Below are positions 56,401-64,000 of a stretch of 64,000 nucleotides of DNA, piece by piece. A program made the position numbers and the translations under genes. The DNA is from Amoebophrya sp. A120 (taxonomy: Eukaryota; Protista; Dinoflagellata). The stretch is taken from NCBI GenBank assembly GCA_905178155.1, contig CAJINV010000005.1, positions 166,254-230,253 on the forward strand. The letters run 5' to 3'. The first letter of the stretch is position 1; each line of letters starts with the position of its first letter. The notes under the pieces were generated by a model, which saw nothing but the letters and a program-made list of their open reading frames with translations, had not been told where the DNA came from and did not search any database.

Positions 56401-56615
56401 GGCTCAAGAGCGGCTTTCAATGGCGCGTGCTGGAGGAAAATGGAGCCGTACTGCAAAGGCACGAAAACTTCGCTGTTGAGTTCCCAGGTCCCCGGTGACG
56501 GGTAGTACCGTAGAGCATCGCCATCCCAACTTGTGACCAACATTCTGTGCTTAGTATTGCATGCAGTGCGTAGAAGTAGTAGATGAAGCAGACTAGGTTT
56601 AGAAACAAGTACCAA
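53415..56615 (-). CDS. Protein with a TET/JBP-like 2-oxoglutarate/Fe(II) dioxygenase domain
   Basis: SSVSVNRN..TPVHRDKNN (HxD at 54531-39), SVGKYTGG, then VLFDGRIPHCT...GNRITLVYY (distal His and Arg). Start uncertain. Confidence 0.75.
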   Translation of the reverse strand: MVLVSKPSLLHLLLLRTACNTKHRMLVTSWDGDALRYYPSPGTWELNSEVFVPLQYGSIFLQHAPLKAALEPQQNSAEMSRTSGKGIARQQEVELAPAGGNGVSAMCAQVRKEREGKIIFTSTFAPDTKTEVSKVAARVAQAWKEISGTGKDSAASAALQHRSTRNGSAKAAGSSSQKKLVQRAALQLQGSSGTQPEQSSATGGATTGMIIPSQQPSQSSNLTDGQAHALVLEACQGKGAKWLVMQFFPDSGEHVARVLEVVDDLVYVLGTEDGTTSTLPFSTILAKRCLVKRNLDEKFANWMPAKRLLKEQREHKLTFPGRMLGGGVLEISRDSHGKFWDLVHQQSLFEVRGFFTQVKTTNGAPVGGNSDSKGQLLLLAARPVSTLHNWGESGLQNNGGGSSSATEADATVDDKRRSKGQLTREHFNAFSCSPRAFSSVDAAAVGHGEAAQVANISAVEIPLPEDERGDVRPALFSQPALIAVEPLPASSQDRAGPFLAAPTAATGLTQITSQDSVFLATGSQGSQVVIPERLPGAGPSLGSSRTPRNEDKNQHPTWAFPASRLARHLENFFEKNQKRLTKSRFSTEHNPAYSFSIGVVPDHCRGAALSKISKTLDGTGLVTTITTFFRRNFSLETVKEGQLLSDCRVFNNPPNFSTTQVDETLIEKRQALESCQFLYSSVSVNRNVVTPVHRDKNNCGRSAVFSVGKYTGGATWIFDLQADDAFRRGGAAVVGSLSGSCSSGSSSSSSSSSAGSSARFPSPPGSTKQEHGFLTVAGQQERYFVATAVNAASAQVHDYPDGALVALRITDPKEQKQICLFRKWRAQAEEGNSSSSSAGEMHMQDLHGGNETDTAGLASEVSNQNLFLGRVYNCKQEFVLFDGRIPHCTMPFSGNRITLVYYYHKSVERLRKRKNGQGEQGQSELLEKLDLVGFQVPPHDIYESSRRILPLRETSQNVIDLVSDSEEGEAGEGGIVSENDFISSSEETESEEDDLPVVKSSGSSWEPAAKRLRGQEEQDVIKNGAGRGQEQHRSGLLNGRERRGTEATGLKKRSWQEERDAAELLD

Positions 56616-57050
56616 TCACATCACAGCTGCTACATCAGACACCGCCTGTGAGTCTTTCTACTTCTTCCTGCCGACACTTAAAACTCTAAAACAAATGCTT
56701 CTTGAAATTTCGATGATCGACAAATCCCACCCGGCGCACCATCCTGAGTACTACATACAATAGCTCTCCGCAACCGTCACGCACCGACGAGTCCTGTTTC
56801 ATGCTCGACGAAGAGATCTATGATTACTTAGCAAGAAAAAGGCTTTCAATTTTTATTGCACCACACACGACATGAGCTGCGAGCTTCGTCGATATTTTTC
56901 ATTCCAGCTGCACAAAGCAAAATCGATTCGACTCTTGCGTGCACACACAACAGCATGTTTTGTTTAAAGCTTCGTTATTGTCCTTCTCTGCAACGAGGTT
57001 TCTACTTGACGGCTACATTTTTCGAGTATGGTGCCTTCACATCAACGCCT

Positions 57051-57983
57051 TTATACCCGATAAAAAAACTCTTCCACCTCAAACTCGAGCAACCCCTTTG
57101 ACCCCAGCACCAGGTCCGCTTCGAAATTTGCCGCGACAAAATCGCTCGGCGTCGCGGGGTCCGGGACGGCGACCACGAAGCAGCCCGCGCGCTTGGCCGC
57201 CAGACACCCGAGCGCAGAGTCTTCGAACACCAGACACTCCCGGGCGGGGAAGCCGAGCTTTTCCGCCGTCTTCAGGTAGTGTTCCGGGTCGGGCTTGCCC
57301 TTCGTCACCTCGTCGCCGGTCACCACCAGGTCGATCTTGGAAAAAATCGCGTCGTGGTAAAACTTCTTCTTTTTCCCGACCGAATTCGCACTGCTGCTCG
57401 TGGCGATCGCGAGGGGAATCGACTTTTTTTTCAAAACGTCCACGAGCTCCGCCGCACCGGGAAGAATACCGGGGATCTGCGGCTGGAATGAAGTTTTCGC
57501 AGAACTCGTCTCGTCTTTCGTCTCACTGGCAGCGGCTTTTGTCGTAACCTCGTCCAGTTCATCCCCCACGGGTAGTTTTTCTTGTACCGCGAAGACGCTT
57601 CCCATCATAATTTCCCAATCTTTCACCACCCTTGTCCACGACACCTTCTCCTCACTGATACCCACCTTCTGCAGCAGCTGCGGTGCCCACCGGTCCCCCT
57701 TCTGCCCCAGAATCCGGTAGTGGTCCGCTTTCGACCAGAAGGTCTGGGTGGGCCCGGATGTTAGGGTGCTGTTCTGCCGCTCTGCGCTATTTGTATTGGA
57801 CGCTTCTTCAACTGCAGAAGTTGCTGTTTCTTGCTGTTCCTTTGCGTACTTCTTCACCAACTCGTTCAAAACATGGCATGCGGTCGTTTCGCTGTCAATC
57901 AGAGTTCCGTCGAGGTCGAAGATAACGGCGGAGAATCGGCGGTTGGTCACGGCGTCTTGCAATTTGTCGTGGGAGGCGGTCAT
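57051..57983 (-). CDS. HAD-superfamily hydrolase (subfamily IA; pseudouridine-5'-phosphatase/CbbY-like)
   Basis: FDLDGTLIDSE, AIATSS, GKPDPE.Y and VFEDSALG..AA..AG motifs. Confidence 0.92.
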   Translation of the reverse strand: MTASHDKLQDAVTNRRFSAVIFDLDGTLIDSETTACHVLNELVKKYAKEQQETATSAVEEASNTNSAERQNSTLTSGPTQTFWSKADHYRILGQKGDRWAPQLLQKVGISEEKVSWTRVVKDWEIMMGSVFAVQEKLPVGDELDEVTTKAAASETKDETSSAKTSFQPQIPGILPGAAELVDVLKKKSIPLAIATSSSANSVGKKKKFYHDAIFSKIDLVVTGDEVTKGKPDPEHYLKTAEKLGFPARECLVFEDSALGCLAAKRAGCFVVAVPDPATPSDFVAANFEADLVLGSKGLLEFEVEEFFYRV

Positions 57984-58406
57984 TTTTGTCTTTCTTTTGC
58001 GTATCTTTCAGGTTTTAATCGACGAGGGGCGGTGTACCACAAGGTGATCCTCTATTGTCAACAAGTGAATATCAAGAATATGTTATATCCTCACGAAGTG
58101 TTGAAAATGAAGCCACTTCTAGCAAAGAAAGCACTGATGAACAAAAAGGACGACGTGATCTGCCTGTACAATGAATTTAGCAGATGATCGCTATCATAAA
58201 TCGTTCCGAGGACTTAACTGCTGCAGTGCAAGTTTCGAAAACAAAACCATACCGAACCAGGAAATAAATCTCTGCCCCCAGCAACTTCAAGACTTTGGGG
58301 AAGGGTTCGACACTGTTGTTCCAAGGTGACAGCGCATGCACACGCTACAGCACTACCGCCGAAACCAAGCGAAAAGCAAAGCGGCACAAGATGAAAACCG
58401 GTCCTC

Positions 58407-61400
58407 TCACTCCCCCCACCCAAACAGCCGCGCCCACCTTCTCGCACTGTGCACGACCGCGCGCTCGTTGAAGACCTTCATGTGGGAGGCCGTGGCGTGC
58501 AGATCCGTTTCCAACAGTAGACGCATCAGGTGCGGAATGGACTCGAAGTGGCCGAGGAAGGGGTAGAAACTCCAGTCCGCGAACTGGCTCCAGTACATCA
58601 TGGCATCTGGATCCATTTTCCCGTAGGGCGTGAAGTGCGGCGAGGGACGGGCGTCCGGCTCCGAGTACAAGAACGGGGCCTGCGCCGCGGAGAAGGATGC
58701 GGATAGAAGTTTTGCTGCTGATCTTCCGGTAGTTGTAGCGACGTTCTCGTCGGGGTATGTTCTTCTTCTAGTCGCTTTACACCAGTACGCGCGATGAGAG
58801 CCGTTCGGAGCTCGTCCTGCAGCTCGCTGCTTTCCTACCGCGGAACTCGTCCTCCTAGCAAAATCATCTCGAAGCGAAACGTCCTTTCCTGTGTAGGTCT
58901 CGCACCGGGGAGGGCTTGCTTTGGCAGCGTCGCCGTAACTGTAGGCAAACGCGAAACACTTCGGCTCCCCTGCTTCTCTGCAGCTCTCTGCGCAGCTTGT
59001 GAACGATGAAGCTGCAGCAACGGTGCTTGCTTCTGAGAGTTCGTAAGCCCGCACCTCGCTCTCCTCTTTGCGCCCGCTGATAACCACCGTCTTCCCTGCC
59101 TCTTCCCGTTCGTCCTCCCCAGCAGTACTTAAACTTTCCGCTTCTAAACAGGGCCGAAAGCCGAAGAAGTCGGCTGGCGTTACCGCCCCTGATTCGGCCG
59201 CAACTTGCACGTTTGGGTTCAAGTTTTCTGGTACCTCGTCTTCTTGTCGCGCGTTTGCTTCCCCCGACGCTGTGCCACTGTTGTGAGTGTACAGTAACGC
59301 ACTCGCTTCGTCCTGGTACAGGTTCCACTCCGCGAGATCGAACCGGGTGTGCTGCCCCCACATCCAGCGCAGCAGGTGCGACTCCCGGTGCGGCACGAAG
59401 ATCGGCAGGTTTGCGGAGTACAGCTCCCAAAACAGCATCAGCGACGTGTCGTAGGGGAACCACACAGCCGACCGAAACTGCTGGAGCAACTCGTAGGGGA
59501 GGCGCTTCTCGATGTAAATCTGCTTCGCGTTGTCCGGATCCGGGTGAAATTGGCGGAGAAACTGCTCGAGAAAGAGAAACCGCAGCGGGTACTCCGGATT
59601 CGCAAACCGAAAATGGTCGAACACGCACTCCGCCAGACCACCGGACGTGCCGACGCGCGCGACCAGAACCGTTTCCATCGGGTCGTGGTGTGTTTTAGAA
59701 GATGCGTGGTTCTTAGCAACAGCGGGAACAACAATAGTGTCTTCCGCAGCCACGGCGGTACTATGCTTCTGTCTGGTCGGGAACCAAACCGTGTTCGTGT
59801 GCAGTCCGTGGATGCGCATGACGGCCGGCCGGAGCCACCCATTCGTCTTCCAGTTGACCAGCTCCGCGAGGTAGAGGTTATTCGCGAGAAACGTCACGTC
59901 CGGGCGAAGGGCCAGGTCGAAAATCTCCATCAGATTAGTCATGCGGTCCACGGCAGGAACGTCCTGGTGCAACGGGAGACCGAGGTACATGATCAGCTTC
60001 TTCCCCTTCGTGCCCTTATTTGCATCATCTTCTGCAGCTACTTCTCCGGGGCCACCGGACCTACTTTTTTCCGTTCCCCTGCTGCTTGTCCCTAAAAACT
60101 TTTTAAACAACCGGCAGAAGTAGAACGGAATCGTGCACAGAACCGCACTGGCGCTCCGAAAGTTCACCGCCTCGGCCTCGTCCGAGTGCTCCAGGAACTC
60201 GACCATCTGATTTTCCATCTTGCTGTATCAAATGCAAACATGTCTGGGTCTGGATGGGTGCAACTTGTGATGCTGCATTTGGATACTACAAAAACCTGTG
60301 TTGCATGAACAGCAAAAGAGGTCCAGCTTTTGCCTCGGCGAGAAAGCATTTCCAATGCGGTATAGGCATCAGGAAGCCCTCACAAAATCTGTGATGCTAG
60401 GGCATGCATCCCAGACGTCAGGAGTCATGCAAACTGTGCATGACAAACCTTGGATCCTTCCAGACCCAGACATTTTTGCATTTGATATGCTCAACCGTTC
60501 CCCGACGGGCAAATTTCGCACGCTGTCCTCGTTCGACCGGTATAATTCGATCAGGTCGAAGAGGCGAGAGCCGAATTTATCAAAAGGAAAAATCCCGCCT
60601 CCCCATATCGAAAACGAAACTTGTGAAGCTGGATCTGAGTACACAAATCAGACTTGTCTTGCTGAAGAGGACTGCGGGCCCACATCAAGCCGGAGTAGAG
60701 AGGCTTTGGCCTAGGCGCTTAGCATGAGAAACGTCCGCGCTGTAGGCCAAACAGCATTACAAACCGCCCGCATAATGCGGCGGAGCCTGTGGAGTTGCCT
60801 TCTTGCAAGACAGAGATCATTTGTCGTCGCAAATCAGCATTGCAAATTTTCTGCGACGTACCTTTTCGATATGGGGAGGGGGGATTTTTCCCCGCGATAG
60901 AATTGCTCCCCGTTCGGGGGACAGAGGTTGTAGTTCCGGCAAAAGTCGGTCGCCAGCGAATTTCCGTAAAACGGGATCCGCCGCACAAAGCGGTTGACAA
61001 AGTTGTACATTTCCCCGGCGGTCGCGGTGTGAAAGCAGAGCTGCCACACGGTGTGGATCGTGTCGAAAGCAGAAGACTTCGTGTCGAGGAAATACTGGTC
61101 CCATTTCTTGTGCTGCAGTTTGTTCGTGTAGTAGCTCCAGGCGCGTTCCATGGTAGGGTTGTTGATCGGGTCGATTTTTTATAGAATGCAAATATGTCTG
61201 GGTCTGGACAGCTGTGATGCTGGATTGCGCATGACTGCAACGCTTGCAATGGCCTCCAAGCATGACAAACTTTCGGAACGCTTTCTGCTGCGTAACGCGC
61301 ATGACAAATTGCCTCTTTGCATAACCAGGAAAGCTGCTCATTTGCTGCTCATGCAGCACAGATTTTCCAGGAATGCAAGATACGCATTACAAGTTGCAAC

Positions 61401-62686
61401 CTTCCAGACCCAGACATATTTGCAATGCATATTTTCTCCTCCACCTGCTGCTTGCCCGTTTTCGGAACAAGCGACATCGTGTTCACGGCAGGAGTGTCGG
61501 AGGAACGATAACGAAAAAACGATTCGTCCACGACTCCTTTGTTCGCTTCGACCTTTGTTGTTATTCCACTTTTTGTTTTTTCGTCTTTGTTCTTTTCTCT
61601 GTTTGGTCCTCTCAATGCCGCCGCCGCCTCCTCGACTTGGAGATTAATCGCCGTGATGTTGGGGAGCAACTTGTCGTAGAACCAGCTTTCCCCGGCCACC
61701 GTCCGCCCGGCGAGGTTTTTCAAGATCAGATACGTGCTGAGCGGCCACCCGCTTTCCGGGAACCAGGCGAACGGCAAGTAGTCTCCCATGAGGTACTGCG
61801 TCATCTGCAGGTAAACCCGTGCGTGCCCCACGTCCAGCTGCCGGCTCTCCGCGTTGACGGCGAGAATTAACGCGGCCGTGGCGTAGCCCAGCACGCAGAA
61901 CAGCTCCTTGTTTTCTGGTGGACCAGAGGAAGAAGGACTTGTCGTTCTAGAGGAGCCTTGTTTATCAGATGCCTTTCCACCTGCCAGAACGGCGCTATTC
62001 AAATCGTAAAACTTCTTTGCCAGCTTTACGTAGCGGAGGTCCTGCTGGCGCTTTTTTGGTTTAATATTCCCCTCTGTAGTACCGCCAGAACTTCTTGTAT
62101 CCTCTTCGTACGGAATTTCCCTGTTTCTGAAGTAGTGTTGCACGAGATACTTGTCAAAGGTCGGGTCAACACACAGCTTCCCCAACGCCCGCACGTAGTC
62201 CAGGTTCGCGTTCATTTGCACCTGCCCTTCGTCCGTGACCGAAAACATCACGTGCTGGTATTTAAACACGATGTGTTCCGCGAGTTCAACAACCTCTTGA
62301 TCGCGGAACAATTTGGCGACGCCCTCTTCCTTCATTCTGCGGTCAAGTGCATTTGGTCTGAGGCCGTCATTGTTGTAGTTGGTGGGGTTCTCTTTCTGAT
62401 ACAGGAATATTACTTCCATCTTCTCCCGTACCAGTTTTCGCCAGGCCGCGAAGTCGGAGCCGAAAATGTTCGGGTCTTCACAGGTGAGCAGAACCGGAAG
62501 CTGGTAAAAAGAGCTGCTTGACGTTGTTCCCTCTACTGCAGGACCAGCCTCAGCGCAAGTGCCACTGAATTGGTCGTGCACCACCGTTGTAAAAAAGAGC
62601 AGCGCGGCTGCAAAACGACAGAAACGAAGAGAACAAACAGACACAGGGGCTAACATCGTTATATTTTGCAAATATCTGTGATTCAT
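58407..62686 (-). CDS. Secretory glycosyltransferase-like protein split by three TIR introns
   Basis: Signal-like N-terminus. ORFs join in frame as ...VEEKIDPINNPTMERAW..., ...NGEQFGSRLF... and ...GERLSKMENQM.... FRSAVWFPYDTSLMLFWELYSANLPIFVP resembles a GT-B C-terminal motif; function is tentative. Confidence 0.7.
60226..60487. mobile_element. Introner-like TIR element, family A
   Basis: 29-bp TIR tatcaaatgcaaacatgtctgggtctgga / tccagacccagacatttttgcatttgata. Flanks tgctg/tgctc. Removing 267 nt keeps the frame and removes a stop. Confidence 0.92.
60578..60899. mobile_element. Introner-like TIR element acting as a non-canonical intron
   Basis: Ends tatcaaaaggaaaaatcccgcctccccatatcgaaaa ... 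ttttcgatatggggagggggga-tttttccccgcgata. Perfect TSD GAATT (60573-77, 60900-04). Removing 327 nt keeps the frame. Confidence 0.9.
61180..61431. mobile_element. Introner-like TIR element, family A
   Basis: Ends tatagaatgcaaatatgtctgggtctgga ... tccagacccagacatatttgcaatgcata. Flanks ttttt/ttttc. Removing 257 nt corrects the frame offset between the flanking ORFs. Confidence 0.92.
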
Positions 62687-64000
62687 CCGGGTTAATCAGA
62701 GTACGAAGAAGAAACCCAAGCTCACCCAACGGTGGTACTACGCGTCACTTGATGACCTCTCTTGAAAGGCAAAAAAACCCGTAGAGTTTCCAATCAGGAA
62801 AGTTGTAAGATGCGAAAGCCAAGAGAGTCGAAGCATTGTCGGTTGGGATGGACGATGGGATGGCACGAATGAGTTCTTCCTTTGTTTTGTGTCGATAAAA
62901 ACACGTCACCGCCGTGGTGGGTCCCAAACTTCACGAAAAAAAAAATGTACCTGCAAGTCAGACCGATCGAGATCGCGAAAGGCTGCGGCTGTAAGTAAGT
63001 GCTAGGATCCTGCATGCTCTGACCTGACAAACTTGCAAAGAAGTACTTAAACGGATGACTTTACTGACCCTGCTTTTTTTCGTGCCGTACGACACGTTCG
63101 GCTGCGATAAAGAACGCACAAAAATGGCCGCCGCAGGACCCTGGTAGCCGCGAGGAGACGACTCTTACCCCACGTGGTTTTTTCTCATATTTTTGTTCCA
63201 TTACAGCAGCACAGGGAATAATAGCTCACGAAAAAATGGTTTGAAATCCCCTTGTACAAGAAAAACAAGAAATTCGTGTTTGCGTCGTGTTCTCAAAAGT
63301 GCGCGGCAGTTCACTACCTACGGGTTTTTTTGTCCAGTGGCCTCATCACAAGTGTAGAGAAAAGCCACGCAAGATTAGTTTACGTCACCTTTACTACACT
63401 TAGATAGCAAGGTCGTCGCTTTCTTCGTAAAAATCCTGATAGATGGCAAAAGACCCCACCCTTATGTCTGAATTCAATCTTCTACCGCCGCGTGCGAAAG
63501 AGTTTCCAAAGCAAGAAGCGTTTTGCTCCGAAATCTTGCGCTGCGGTTCGACGTAATCTTCACTGCCCTAAGGACATGTAGAAAGTAGATAGTAGACACC
63601 TATCGCAGTATCCTATCTATGAATTCTGTGTTTCTCTTTCTGCTCCCGCGAGCTACGTATGAAATACCAATTCCAAGCCTTCGCTGGGCCATTCTCTCTG
63701 CGTGCTGCTGCTATCCTATTTTTGTTCGTTTTTCATCCACCACCAGGGGCAAAGAAAGCACACGCACAATTGCACCCGAGTTGATGACATTTTGCTTTTA
63801 TAATTTGGTACACACAAGCAATTAGTGTTTTGGTTAAAAGAAATGACCTGAGAAGGTAGAACCTTCAATTTGTGGTGTAGTCCTGATTGGGGGGCAACGC
63901 AGTACTGGTTAATATTCTGGTAAGCACGTATTGAATAATTCGGTTACAGATCGAAGTTGAGTGGAGTAATTACTTAAATCGCAATAAATCGGTTCACATT

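Noticed and set aside
5148-60095. Many long overlapping antisense or alternate-frame ORFs (e.g. 6257..7402, 8793..9923, 46595..47716)
   Set aside because: They are shadows of GC-rich coding sequence in another frame or strand.
62660-62672. tatattttgcaaa matching the introner end motif just upstream of a likely start codon
   Set aside because: No partner end with a matching 5-bp duplication was found in the window.
62745-63030. Short minus-strand ORFs near the right end
   Set aside because: Too short and without motifs to support a gene call.
1-64000. tRNA, rRNA or CRISPR arrays
   Set aside because: None recognised. The repeats present are coding minisatellites, TIR elements or simple duplications.

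Overview
This is eukaryotic protist DNA. All recognisable host genes lie on the minus strand and carry both ordinary GT-AG introns and inverted-repeat introns. That combination suggests a dinoflagellate-lineage parasite such as Amoebophrya, but the taxonomy is my inference. Host genes include an acylated EF-hand protein, a class I heme peroxidase, an FkbM-like methyltransferase, a coiled-coil protein, a tandem PPP-phosphatase locus, a C2-HECT E3 ligase, a TET/JBP-like dioxygenase, a HAD hydrolase and a glycosyltransferase-like protein. Three observations stand out. (1) Ten non-canonical introns follow one rule: both ends read approximately TAT-N5-(G)S-AAA, each is flanked by a 5-bp target-site duplication, and removing the element plus 5 nt restores the reading frame every time. 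(2) An apparently intact plus-strand non-LTR retrotransposon (APE-RT-RNase H-zinc finger) has a Q-rich N-terminus with putative transmembrane segments. Its ~1 kb leader holds three bulged RNA hairpins whose stems differ in sequence but still pair around a nearly invariant G(U/A)CAUAGU bulge. (3) A 5'-truncated RTE-like retroelement ends in an AP2-like DNA-binding domain. All calls are from manual reading; no searches or folding programs were run.
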